DNA of 64,000 bases from Octopus sinensis (GCF_006345805.1 NC_043003.1:101308001-101372000), one strand, 5' to 3'. Counted from the stretch's first letter, positions 22,888-36,104 are shown. Notes: generated from the letters alone by a model not told the origin. Numbers and translations are program-made.

Positions 22888-24388
22888 TTAGCTAAAATCT
22901 AGTTTCTACCTAGTCTGAACCAATCAATCCGCCACAGTCTTCATCCACACAGAGCTTACTCAACCATGTTCCAGTTCCAGCGACAGATGACCAGACCAGC
23001 CAGTCATGTTCCTGCTCCAGCCAATGACGACGCTAACATACACCAGCAACGTCACCGACGCCTTCATCTCAACGTCGCCTTTCTCTGCCGTCGCCATCAC
23101 CATCGTCGTCCTTCAACTTCACGTCATCTCCATCTCCATCGCCTTCATCTCCAGCAACACTAATATGTACATAGCACTCATTCAGGTTTAGCTTTCACGC
23201 TGTTATGATTTTCACCGAAGTTAACAGCACAGCACTACCTGCGAGATCTTCTGTACCAATGTAACCTGGCACAGCATTGAAGCCACAACCGCTACACGAC
23301 GTGTTCAACCGACATCTGCACTTGTGATCCGAACATCCTGTTACAGAACGAACTGCTATTATGTACTTTACTACGAACTGGTAAATTAACTCCATCTTGT
23401 CTGAAATACCCTGAGAGACTTTTCCTATGCGCTGTATTTTGTTTTGCCCGCATACACCTTGTTTGTACTTCTGTCGCACACACGAACACACATAGTTAAT
23501 ACACACACAAATGCTATCTCTGTCACATTCATACGCCACACATGCCTTTCTCGCTTGTTTTCCATGCTCAATGTGCCCTTGTAAACACAACTCATCTCTG
23601 TAAGACCCTAGGTTGGTCACGCATACATAGAGAAAGTTGTTTGTCCCTTACAATGCGCCAGCATGCCACACTTTTGTTCCTGCACGACCGAGGCATATAA
23701 TAGCTCAAGCACTGGCTGGCAGCCTCAGCCTTACTGCATTAATCACTGGCATATTCAATACTTTATTTCAGCCTAGCAAGCCCTATTGCATTCATGCACC
23801 TCTGTTCTGCACGTGTACTCCCTTGTTTTGCAACACGTCTGCGTCAGCTCAATTCTTCTCCCGACTCAAAGCACGTCGGATGTTCACATGCGCTGCGCTC
23901 ATGTTTAGGCATAATTTCCCCATTAGACCCCTGTTGGTCACGTAATTAACAGAGAAAATTATCTGTCTCACACCAAGTTGCACCCAAAAAGTGTAAAGAA
24001 GCAACCAGTTCCCTTTACGTAACTATCAAAAAGTATTAAAAAGTTTAATATACATAAATACAGATATATACACTTTGTATATATACATTATATATACATA
24101 TTTATATATAGAACACACACACATATATAAACGCTCGTTGGTGTGTTCTGTTTGTATTTGGTCGATATTCGGGTCTACTGGGGCCACATTTTATAAGATG
24201 AGGAATTTTGTCGTAGAGGTCATGCCTTTAATTTGAGGAAAAAAATAGTTTGCATGCAAACTTGCCAGCACTTTTAACATAGGTGTGCATATTTTCAGCT
24301 GAACCGACCGACCACATAATGCACACATTATATATATATATATAGGTGTGTGTGTGTGTGTGTGTGTGTGGGCACGCATTATATATAC

Positions 24389-24437
<49 letters not shown>

Positions 24438-24884
24438 AAATTAAATTAGAGATAAAACCACTAATAGTAAAAAACCAAAAACAAAAACATAAAAATAAAA
24501 ATATAATATAGAAAATATATAAAATATAAAATTGGACCACATAATGCACACATTATATATATATATATATGTATATGTGTGTGTGTGTTGGAGTCTCTCT
24601 CATACGTGAGCGTTGACGCTGAATTCAACTGGTAAGCAGGTAACCTTGTCTTTGTATTAGGTCGATCGGTGCATTGACAGGTAGACAATAGAATGCGATG
24701 GCGATGGAATATTTGTTTCTCTGTATGAATGCAGACAGATACATAAGTGAAAATTATGGGAAGCTAAGAGATAGAGTGAGTGAAAATGTTCTGGGAAGAG
24801 AGGAAATAGCGAGAGTGAGTTGAGGAAGACAGATACGTTAAATAACGGGAGTGGACTTGTCAAAGTTATAAATGAAGTATTTGT

Positions 24885-27800
24885 GTAACTCTCAATGCCA
24901 AAGTTTGGGACAAGTCCTTCCAGGATCTTCCAGATGTATATTATGGCATATCTTTCTCACCTACGCTCTAAGGAATAGAGTCTTAATCTCTTGAGTCTTT
25001 CCCAGTAGCTTATATGCTGCACAGAGGCTATCTTCTTCGTTGGATCGCCTCAAGTTCTGTGATTTACTTGACACTGGATGGTGACCATAGCTGAGAGCAA
25101 TAGTCAAAGTGGCTTAGGACAAGTGTCCTCCAGAGGACCATCATGGTTTCCTGGTCTCTTGTTCTAAAAGCTTTAAGAATCCATCCGGTCAGCAGCCTAC
25201 ATTTCATTGCCAATTTAGCAACATGCACATGAAAGGTTGCATCATTACTCATATAAATACCCAGGTCTCACACTGATTGTGCCTCTGGGATTGCATTGGG
25301 TATTGCATTTAGTTTTGCATGCTGATAGCATAAAGCTTGAAACTTTTCAGCATTGAACTGCATACTATTTTTTCGGCCCACTTGTATATTTTGTCCAGGT
25401 CACATTGCAGGTGCATAGTGTCTTCAGGGTTCTGTATTACCTGTGAAACTTTTGTATCATCTGCATAACTTGTGATCGTGGCTCTCTGCATGGCTGAGGG
25501 CATGTCTGAGAGGGCCATTATGAACAGTAGTGGTCCTAAAACAGTGCCTTGCGGAACACTGCTCACTATTTGCATGTTATTGGAGGTGGCCCCATTGGCT
25601 ACTACCACCTGACTTCTATCCTTCAGAAAGTCATGAAGCCATTCTCCCAATTTTCCAACTATGCCAAGATCACGCAGTTTGTGACATATTATTCCATGAT
25701 CGACTTTACCAAAGGCCTTTGCAAAGTTGAGATATATCACTTCCACATTTGAGTGGTTGAGCAGTTGTTTCAGCACCCAGTCATAGTGTTGTAGGAGCTG
25801 AGTTAGGCAGCTTCTTCCTGGTCGGAAACCATGTTGGGTGTCAGGCAGCAAGTTATTTTCTTCAAGGAAGGTGATTAGTTTCCTTCTGACAATTCGTTCC
25901 ATGACCTTGCTGATGTGTGGGGTCAAAGAGATAGGTCTGTAGTTCTTGGCCTCCACTCTGCTACCTCCTTTATGAATAGGTCATATTTTACCCTCCTTCA
26001 GTTTTCTTGTAAGTTTGCCAGTTGCAAGGAAGCTCTGAAAGAGGAACTGCAGTCGTTTTGCTAGGACTCTCTTACATAACTTTTAGAAGGATTGCTGGGA
26101 ATCCATCGGGGCCAGTAGCTGGGTTTGGGTTCATTTCATCTATAGCCTTTATTACATCGTCTTCCTTTATATTGATGTAATCAATCATCATTGCCTCTGA
26201 TTTTATATCTGCAGTGGTAAAGAAGTCAGTTGGACTGCTGACTTGAAAATGCCCTAGGGGTGGAGTGAAAATACTTTTGAATTGCTCATTTAGTATTTCA
26301 CTTATCCTCACTGGATTTCCTGTGAGTATACCATCTTTTTCAAGGAGTGGCCCTATCCTACAGTGCACCATAGCTGTTTCTTTGGCAAACTTGTAGAAAG
26401 CTCTGGGGTTAGATTTTATGTTGTCTATAGCCCAGGCTTCTTTGTCTGCTCTTTCTTTTTCATGTAAGAGTTGCAGATATTTCTCAATTTCCAGCAGTTT
26501 TATTTTCAGGCAGGACTTTTCACTGCTTTCAATTTGTTTGTTTAGGCGATTTGAAAATTTTGTACGCCATCTCATGAGAATTTTCCTCTCTCTGGGGATT
26601 TTGTTCTTGTGCACAGTGGCCTTTCTCTCTGGGACACATTTGTAGCATATGGCTTGCATTACAGACATGAATTGTTGAAGTTTCATGTCGATGTCTGGCG
26701 AGGAGAGACATTTAGGCCAGTTTTGTTTGTGGATCTCTTTCTCAATTTGTTTCCAGTTTGCCTTATGGAAGTTCAAGCTGGAAAGATTCTGAGAGTTTCT
26801 TGTAGGTAGCATGTCCATGCTTTCCTTTGGCCCGTACATGGTCAACTCTACCATGTTGTGATCTGAGAGTAGTGTCAGTGTCACTTTCACATTATGGATG
26901 AGATCCATATTATTTGTGAAGCAGAGATCCAGTATGGTTTGTTGGAGTATTATTTGCTCCATGTACAGAGTGTTGATGAGGTTCAGGAGGGACCTCGCCT
27001 GTCCTCATTCGCATTGTGTCATTCCTGGGAGAGAAAGGCCCTCAGGCCATCTGACATTGGGCAGATTGAAGTCTCCCATAAGAAGCACACTTATATGATG
27101 TTCTAATGTGACTAGAACTTCTATTTTTGTAAGGCAGTCTTCAAACTTGCCTACATGACTTGGAGCATCTGGAGGGCGATATGTAGCACATATAACTACA
27201 CTGAGTTGCCTTAAATGTACAACCAGTGTGTCACACACCGAATTTGAGTATGACAAAAGGACCTGGGGTGTGAGGTCCTCGCGGATGTACCTAGCAACTC
27301 CACCATGACTCCTTTCTTTTCTGTCAGTCCGTAATACAACATACTGTGGTATGTGTATTTTCGCATCTGCTATATCCGGTTTAAGGTGTGTTTCCGTAAG
27401 TGCTATGCATAAGGTTTGATTGCATGCAACAAGGTCTCTCAAGAAAGGGATTTTTGTCCTGTTACTGAGTGTTAGCAGTCCTCTGACGTTCAGTAGGAGC
27501 ATCGAGGTGATGTGTGTGCTGTTGCCAGTGGTGTCCACCTTGGGTCTATTTGCTGTGGTGGTCTTGTGTACTGTGGATAGTCCCATCTGTGAGTTTGAGT
27601 TTGATGGAGCCAGGTTAGCTGCTGTACAATCTTCTGTGCCATGCACAAAAAAATATTCTTGTTGATGGTTTGTAACACGCACTACATCTGCGTACCTCCG
27701 TTTTGGGGCAGGTGGTGCGTAGTCCTTTCCTTTTCCAGTTGGTTTCCACCCTGTTTCATGTTTACGTGGCAGGGTCTTTGGTGTGCAAAACGGCAGCCTG

Positions 27801-28330
27801 CACCTTCCTCTCCATGCCAGCAGACACCTTTCAGGTAGAATTTACACATTCGTGCGTGCTGTCTCTTTCTATCCTTTTTGGTATATGGATAGTCAGGTTT
27901 GCTTTTTTCCTTGGCTGTTTCATCTTTTGGTTTTGTTTGAGTTTTTCCTTCTTTTATTTCTTTTTTGGCTCTTTCATCTCCATGGTTTTGGCTTTTGATG
28001 CTGGTAGGGGCACTTGCACTTGGGTTTACTTCCCGGGCAGGTTTCTCACTTGAATCTTCTTTGTTGTCCTGGGTGTCTACCAAGTGGGGGTGGCATCTTT
28101 CATCTGCACCCGTGCCTCCATCCTTGTCATCTTTGTTTTGTTCGTTGTCAAAGATGGCATCAAGAGTGCTGATATGGGATCTTATGAGTGCATAGGAGTG
28201 TATAAACTCCTGCTTCTTTCGTTCTATCTGTAATTATGTTGTTCAGATTATCTCCATCAGCATATTGCCAGGCTCTCAAAAACAATGCCAATTCCATGCT
28301 CCTCCAGGTTCTGGACATTTTTTGGGATAT
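24885..28330 (-). mobile_element. CR1-group LINE, nearly full length, 3' end lost, with CCCH-finger N-terminal region
   Basis: CCCH finger CKFYLKGVCWHGEEGAGCRFAH (27682-28083). APE domain LLNVRGL, LTETHL, YRPP, LMGDFN (27005-27682). RT motifs NYRPISLT, QHGFRPGRSC, PQGTVLGP, YADD and HFDYCSQLWSP. Several frameshifts. Confidence 0.92.
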
Positions 28331-28696
28331 TTTATTTATTTATTTAATTATATTTAAAATTTAACAGTGTGATAGAGATTAGAGAAGAAATAGAGAAAGA
28401 ATGTGTCTATGTATTTAGAGAGATTGAGCGGCTGAGAGAAGATAAGAAGAGAGTAAGAGAAAGTGAGAGGAGAATGTTCGCGTCTATATATTTAGGAAGA
28501 TTGAGAGGCTAACAGAGGAAAGATGGTGTGACAGAGAGAAGTGAAGAGACAGAGAGAGAAAGAGATGAAAGAGAGGAAGTTATGCAAAAGATTGAGCGGC
28601 TGAGAGAAGATAAGAAGAAAGTGAGAGGAGAATGTTCGCGTCTATAAAGTAATGAAAGAGAAGAAGTTATTCAAAAGATTCTACTTGGATAGTAGA

Positions 28697-29247
28697 TATA
28701 TAAATAAAGTAACAAATAAATATATACCTATCTAAAATTGAATAATTTTAAAGAGATATAGTGAGAAATTGATAAAAACGAAGTGGGCGCTGAAACAGAA
28801 ATTGAAAGAAGATTATAAACAAAATGTAACAGAGATGAGGTCCTAACTCAGACGTTACATTGAATTACAGGAAATTAAATAAATGAAAAGGGGTACTTAT
28901 CCACAAAAGGCAGAAATTCCAAATCTGTGTCCCTATACAAAGAAGTTTTCTTTCAAAAAAGAAAAGAAAACAATTCTTTTTGCTTCTTACAGTCGGCTGG
29001 AAATAAACTTACAAAATGCCACCACGTGCTTTTTCGACAGAAAATCTTGCGTGCGTAACTAACTTATATTTGGCTTGACGCGAAATATATTACAGTTTTT
29101 AACTAATATATCCTAGTAGACCGCTATGAGATAACAAGTTCTACGTTTTTTTGTCAGTTTTAGCAGATTATTTCGTCGATTTATGCAAACCGTTTTGTTT
29201 TTTTCACAGAACGAAAGCAAACACGTCCTTCCTCTACGAAACCGGAA

Positions 29248-29288
<41 letters not shown>

Positions 29289-29829
29289 GTAACAAATAAA
29301 TATATACCTATCTAAAATTGAATAATTTTAAAGAGATATAGTGAGAAATTGATAAAAACGAAGTGGGCGCTGAAACAGAAATTGAAAGAAGATTATAAAC
29401 AAAATGTAAACAGAGATGAGGTCCTAACTCAGACGTTACATTGAATTACAGGAAATTAAATAAATGAAAAGGGGTACTTATCCACAAAAGGCAGAAATTC
29501 CAAATCTGTGTCCCTATACAAAGAAGTTTTCTTTCAAAAAAGAAAAGAAAACAATTCTTTTTGCTTCTTACAGTCGGCTGGAAATAAACTTACAAAATGC
29601 CACCACGTGCTTTTTCGACAGAAAATCTTGCGTGCGTAACTAACTTATATTTGGCTTGACGCGAAATATATTACAGTTTTTAACTAATATATCCTAGTAG
29701 ACCGCTATGAGATAACAAGTTCTACGTTTTTTTGTCAGTTTTAGCAGATTATTTCGTCGATTTATGCAAACCGTTTTGTTTTTTTCACAGAACGAAAGCA
29801 AACACGTCCTTCCTCTACGAAACCGGAAG

Positions 29830-29850
<21 letters not shown>
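28697..29850. repeat. Near-identical 580-bp tandem duplication, each unit ending in ACCGGAAG(TA)n
   Basis: TAAATAAAGTAAC at 28701 and 29281; the units differ only by small indels. Confidence 0.92.
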
Positions 29851-29861
<11 letters not shown>

Positions 29862-29948
29862 TATACATAGATATATACATACAAATATTTTTATTCAGAA
29901 TGAGATAAAAAACCATGGCTGTAAAGATTTTAGAACATTTATACATAG

Positions 29949-29996
29949 GTCTTACAGCTGTTTCTGGGATATTTACTACATCCCTTCATCGGAGAC
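29949..29996 (-). ncRNA. Type I hammerhead-like motif, U4C core variant
   Basis: Minus strand: GUCU-CCGAUGA-a-GGGAUG(7 nt)UAUCCC-a-GAAAC-AGCU-GU-A-AGAC. Confidence 0.6.
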
Positions 29997-30059
29997 GGTG
30001 TGAGAAAATGGTTAAGCGATAGTTAATTTAGGTAAGATACAATATAGAGAGTAATTTAA

Positions 30060-31933
30060 GGTATGGCGACCCATATATTTTGAGTATCATGTCGAAGACG
30101 AGGTATTCGAAAATATCTCAGTATTTGCATTTAACTGATTCTACCAATGCCCCCAACAAAAACGACCCAAACTACGATCCCCTGTACAAAGTACGTCCTG
30201 TAATTGATTTACTTGTAAATAATTATAAAACTGTTTATTTACCTGGGAAAAATCTCAGTGTAGATGAAGCCATGATAGGCTATAAGGGCAGAGTACATTT
30301 TCAGCAGTACATGCCTGCTAAACCTACTAAATGGGGGATCAAAATATGGGAAGTTTGTGAATCGGAGACAGGATATTGTGTAAACTTCAATGTTTACACA
30401 GATAAAAAGTATAATGGGAAAAGACCGCATGGATTGGGACATGATGTTGTATGGTCTCTTACACAACCTTTTCACCATCAGCACCAACACCTCTATTTCG
30501 ACCGTTTTTTTTTTCTTCAGTGGCTTTGGCTGAAAATCTTGCCCGTGTAAGCACTTACATGTGCAGTACTGTTATGGGAAACCATAAAGGTTTACCCCAT
30601 GAAATAAAAACAAAATTAAAAAAAAGAGGGGACATTTTGCAAATGCAAAAAGAAAATTTATTAGTTACTGCTTTTGAAGACAAAAGACAGATTTTATTTC
30701 TGTCTTCTAATGAACAACCTGGTGTTGGTGCTGAGGGGAAACCCCTCGTGAATATTTGTTATAACAAATATATGGGTGGGGTTGATAAATCCGACCAATA
30801 TCAAGCATGTTACCCAGTTGGTCAACCTGGGAAGAAATGGTGGAGGTACATTTTGTGGTTTTTAGTTAATTTAACTATAGTAAATTCATACATTGTATAT
30901 ATAAAAAGCCACAAAGTACCTCTGCCACCAAAAGACTACAACCACTTGAAATTTCGGGTTGACATCAGTTACGTGAGGGCTTTTCTTCTAGAAAGCACAG
31001 AACTGGGAGAATAGCAAAATTAACTGAGGTGGATGTCAACAGAGAAAATATTGACTTTCATCAAGTTGAAAAGATAAACGGACGAAAAAAAATTTGCAGA
31101 CTGTGTTCTCTGCAAAAAAGAAAAACTGCAAAAGGATACCTGGTCGAGACCTCATATATGTGTTCGTTTTGCCAAGTGCCCTTGTGTAAAGGGTGCTTTG
31201 GACAATTTCACAACAAAAATATAGCATAAGTGTATAATTTTGTATATTCCTTTTCATTTTATTATATAATATGTGAAAGTGAGAACTACATATTAATTTT
31301 CAGTATACACACCTGTATTCACCTTTGTCTCACCTGTTAATGAGATTTTTTTATTAGATGCATTCTGTTACGTGAATGAATTCGTTAAATTGTATAAGAG
31401 TGCATAGCCAATGGTATATAGACTAGTAAAAGAGTTTTGTACTTTATTTTCAATGATGACATTTGAGTGAAATATAGAAAAAGAGTAAAATCTTGTACAG
31501 ATTACACCTGTATTTTAATTAATTCAAATTAATGTACCTCATCTTGAAAAATGTAGAATTGTTGGCAGTTGACATCTGGGATAATTTTAGCAGCAAACCA
31601 AACAGGTAAGATGTATTAAGAATATGAATTTTAGTGTTTATTCATAATGTTATTGTTTTTACACCTGTTAATTAAATTTACCTGCCCATAAAAGTCAAAT
31701 TTAGTCAGAAAGATCAGCTAAAATTACATAATTATAAACCACTGGCATATAAGCACCCATTTACAAAGTTTCAAATCAGTATGTAGAAAATTAACAAAGT
31801 TTCAAATCAGTATGTAGAAAATTAACAAAGTTACAAGCAAATATTGTGGACACCCCACTTGAACCTGAATAAATCAAAATTAATGTGAACAGATAAGCAT
31901 TACATTTGACAAATTAATCTGAACACTAAAGGG
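30060..31933 (+). mobile_element. piggyBac DNA transposon, 5'-truncated
   Basis: Right end ...CACTAAAGGG|TTAA (TTAA at 31934-37). No left TTAACCC end was found. Confidence 0.8.
30080..31229 (+). pseudogene. piggyBac (PGBD4-like) transposase, two frameshifts
   Basis: LSVDEAMIGYKGR, YMPAKPTKWGIKIW, LYFDRFF, YNKYMGGVDKSDQ and KWWR motifs, plus a C-terminal Cys-rich domain CRLC...CSFCQVPLCKGCF. Confidence 0.9.
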
Positions 31934-32194
31934 TTAATAATGTTTGTTTTAACTTGTGCTCGATAAGGAATAATTAACCAAATTTTGTTCTTATTATTAA
32001 TATTATTATATTTATTTTTTATATTATTAAATTTATTACTATCATTAAACGAATTAAACTAAACATATTTTTTAGTCTATTATTATAATTGTTTTGTATT
32101 ATCATATTACATATTATTAATACCATAATTACCTAAAAAAAATGAATCATAATTCTTAATGCTAGGTTTATTATTAAAAAAATATAGGAATCAT

Positions 32195-32450
32195 TTATAT
32201 TATAATCATATTTAGAATTATTAAAGAATTTAATATTATTATTATATTCCGCCTCTCACAGGGCTTCATTATAATAAGGTGCATGTTTATGGAAAATATA
32301 AAAATTAGAAGCAAATATATTTTTTTTCTTATATTATCTGTCAATGATTTCTTAATAGAGTGTGGATTACTATTAGATTTAATATATCTAAGGTTTTCAG
32401 TAATTTTATGGAATGGTTGGGTTTTACCTGTTATCAAATTAAAATTAGCA
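32195..32450 (-). pseudogene. Highly decayed Penelope-like RT C-terminal fragment
   Basis: ENLRYIKSNSNPHSIKKSLTDNIRKKI resembles the PLE thumb-region pattern (YI..SNHP..I...P..I..RL). Confidence 0.45.
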
Positions 32451-33228
32451 TTTAATAATTAACACTGAGATTTTTCCCAGGTAAATAAACAGTTTTATAA
32501 TAGTTCTCATTATATATAGTAATACACAATCCATATCTTTTAAAAAAAACTATATAGTTTCTTCTTATATAATTCTAGTGTTCTAGACATAAATTGAATT
32601 ACTTATATAATAAGTTTAGCTAATTTGTGTATATATATATAAATCCTGTTTATGTTACTAATTATGTTACCAATTATGTAGTTATAATTTGTAGTAGTAA
32701 TGTGTATAAATTAGCACGAAATTATATAGTCTATATTACATAATTAGAATAAGTTGAAAATTAGATGTTTATAAGATAAATTAATGAAAATAGATTAAAT
32801 TATAGAATTTTAGCTTAATTTATCTATTATATTATGTATTTTACATTTAAATTATTTAGACTTTACAATTTTTCCAGTTAATGGGATACTAAGCTAATTT
32901 TTTTTTCCTTATTCTTACAGCTAAAATACATTTGAAATTTTAATAGCTTAAATACATATTTCTATCTATTTCTTCTATAAATTCTATTTACAACATATTC
33001 TCATGCGATATATTTCTTATAAACACTAAGTTCGACGTTTGACGTTTAAATTTTCAGTTAATGAAAATCCTTCGACAAGATAAGTTATATTTTTATTTTA
33101 AGAAATATTGTTAAATGCTTTTTCATTATTTATAGTTAATACACGTATTTTTTTATATATTTATTTGATAATTAGTATAAGTTAAGATAAGTACATTTAT
33201 TCTATTATTTTTTATCATTTATTATCTT

Positions 33229-33348
33229 AGGCCTGATGAGTAACAATATTTTTAAATAGAACTAATTTTAGTTCGATTTAATTTTAAATTGAATTGATTT
33301 TATTATTATTATCTATTTGAAAATATAGCCATGAAACGTGCATAGTCT
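33229..33348 (+). ncRNA. Decayed hammerhead-like motif (extended stem II)
   Basis: AGGC-CUGAUGA-(about 93 nt with an AUAUUUUUAAAUAG/CUAUUUGAAAAUAU stem)-GAAACGUGCAU-A-GUCU. Stem III reads as ACGCGCGU after reverting two CpG transitions. Confidence 0.4.
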
Positions 33349-33500
33349 TTTTACTACTATTTACTATTTATTGTACTTTATTGATTTTTAAAATAAGGTG
33401 TTTTATAGTACATGTTTTCTATATGGTGTGAATAACTTCTTTGTTTATTGAATTGTTTAATAGAGGTTTTTCTTTAAATTATATACATATATATAGATAC

Positions 33501-33543
<43 letters not shown>

Positions 33544-33574
33544 TACATATATATATAGTTACATACATACATAC

Positions 33575-33613
<39 letters not shown>

Positions 33614-33671
33614 TACATACATATATACAGATACATATATATAGATACATACATACATATATATATATGAA

Positions 33672-34900
33672 ATGAAAGAAGACATAGCAGAATTCTGTAG
33701 AAAATTACAACTAGCTGAGGAACTATACGACAAATACAACGAACACGAATCGTTGATCCAAACTAGGAGTAACTACATCCCCTCAAAAGGTAAGAACAAA
33801 ACACTTGATCATTTCTGTGAACACATCTCGAATTACCCATATCAACATATGCACAAACAAAAACACAAACCAAACTTCAGCAAAATAGAATGGGCTGAGC
33901 TGAACAAATTAAAACATGACAAAACAATAACAATCAAAGAGGCCGATAAAGAGGGTGCAGTAGTCTTAATGGACACGGTATTTTATATAACTTTAGTACT
34001 ATCTATGTTGGAAGACACAACATATTATGAAAAGGCCCAAAACTACAGTCAGCAAAAAATAATGAGAGAACTAAAATCCATGTTAAACCTATACAAAGAA
34101 GGGCTCACCGACAAAGAATATGACTATATGACCAATTTCAAAAGTAAAACCAGCCAATTCTACAGTATTCCCAAGATACACAAAAGTGAGAAAATAAGTA
34201 ACGCATGCAAGATAGCCACAGACAAAATAATTAAAGTCCCTACTCCTAATGACCTCAAATTGAGACCTATAACAGCAGGTCCCACATGCAAAACCCACCG
34301 CCTCAGTAACTTTTTAGATACCCTCTTAATACCATTCCTCAAGCATGTCAAAAGCTATATAAGGGACAACCTGGATATGCTCAATCACCTTCCTAAAACA
34401 ATAAATAAAAACACCCTTCAATGTATCCTTCAATGTAGTCAACCTTAATCCTCCAAACACACACCATCATAAAAAGCAAGAGACAGCCCAAATCTATGAA
34501 AAGTCTCCTAACACAAGCCCAAATACACTCAATAACACAGAAGCCGTCAGTAATAAATTGTGGAAGACCCAATTGTGGGATATGCGATTATCATGAATTG
34601 AACAGCGACTGCTACCATCAACTGTGGGTCAGTGCAGCTGTGACCATTCAACAGGCTACTGTCATGCGCTCCCACATTCTTCTTCTTCTCCTCCTACTTC
34701 TCTACCAAGAATTCACAAGGACCTCGAACTCACAAGAGTAAACATGAGAGGCAGAAACAAGGAAAATGCCAATTGTATTTGAACACTATACAAATATTCT
34801 TTTAAAAAGAATTTTCTTTTAATTTTTCTAAATTTGTTACAGTTGAAAAAGCCACAATGACTGAAACTGGTACTGAAATGTTTTTTATAAAATTATTTTA
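33672..34900 (+). mobile_element. Penelope-like element fragment (RT N-terminal half, deleted core, 3' terminus)
   Basis: ORF 33672..34448 has IKEADKEGAVV, FYSIPKIHK, LRPITAG and SYIRD; a Cys motif CGRPNCGIC follows downstream. Confidence 0.85.
34840..34875 (+). ncRNA. Minimal hammerhead-like motif, U3-A8 variant
   Basis: CAG-UUGAAAA-AGCC acaau GACU-GAAAC-UG-GU-A-CUG, at the 3' terminus of the PLE fragment. Confidence 0.45.
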
Positions 34901-34944
34901 GCATTTTCTATCTTGACTTTTTCCCCATATATATATATATATAT

Positions 34945-35529
34945 ATTAATAAATAAAACATATGCATATATATATACATATATGTACGTACCTACCTCTA
35001 CATGTATATATACACGTATATATGAGTACAGGACACCAAAAAAACGTCGAACACAATGAGAAACGAAAACATAGACACAAACCCAAGGAACTGGACATTT
35101 TTCTTAAACAACAAAAAAATAGAGTACAGGACAAATAACACAAGGAAAAAACCCCTTCTTCAGTCGCCATGGTTTCATCTACTCTACATTTCGAAGGTGA
35201 AGGCGAGACGTATCTTCGATAGAAACTTTCCTTCCTGTGAAAAGCAAATCAAATAAAATTTGAGATCTTTTTGCAGAGGGGTAAAAGATGAAAACATGGT
35301 GACTGAAGAAGGGGTTTTTTCCTTGTGTTATTTGTCCTATACTCTATTTTTTTTGTTGTTTAAGAAAAATGTCCAGTTCCTTGGGTTTGTGTCTATGTTT
35401 TCGTTTCTCATTGTGTTCGACGTTTTTTGGTGTCCTGTACTCATATATGCGTGTATATATACATGTAGAGGTAGGTACGTACATATATGTATATATATAT
35501 ATATATATGCATATGTTTTATTTATTAAT
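34945..35529. repeat. Long inverted repeat (about 235-bp arms, about 105-bp spacer)
   Basis: 34945-35180 is the near-perfect reverse complement of 35286-35529. Confidence 0.92.
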
Positions 35530-35569
35530 ATATACGACGGAACACACGCATCCCTTTCTAAGTAAGATT

Positions 35570-35598
35570 GTTCTATATATATATATATATATTTATAT

Positions 35599-35648
<50 letters not shown>

Positions 35649-35758
35649 CACACAAATACATACATATATTATATATATATAATATCTAATAATTACACAC
35701 ACATACATACATATATATATATATACACAACATACATACATAATATATATATACACAC

Positions 35759-35789
<31 letters not shown>

Positions 35790-35805
35790 GTATATATATA
35801 CACAC

Positions 35806-35848
<43 letters not shown>

Positions 35849-35854
35849 ACACAC

Positions 35855-35898
<44 letters not shown>

Positions 35899-35941
35899 CA
35901 TACATACATATATATATAATTATATATATATATATACACAC

Positions 35942-35988
<47 letters not shown>

Positions 35989-36004
35989 ACACATACATAC
36001 AATT

Positions 36005-36035
<31 letters not shown>

Positions 36036-36104
36036 CATACACAGATACATACATACATATAGATATATACAGATAGATACATACATACTATATATATACA
36101 CAGA

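Noticed and set aside
23195-23620. 141-aa Cys-rich minus-strand ORF
   Set aside because: No recognisable domain spacing, partly driven by CA-rich sequence, and it lies inside a composite repeat.
35286-35330. CUGAAGA hammerhead core in the inverted repeat
   Set aside because: No correctly placed GAAA and NUH with a pairable stem I.
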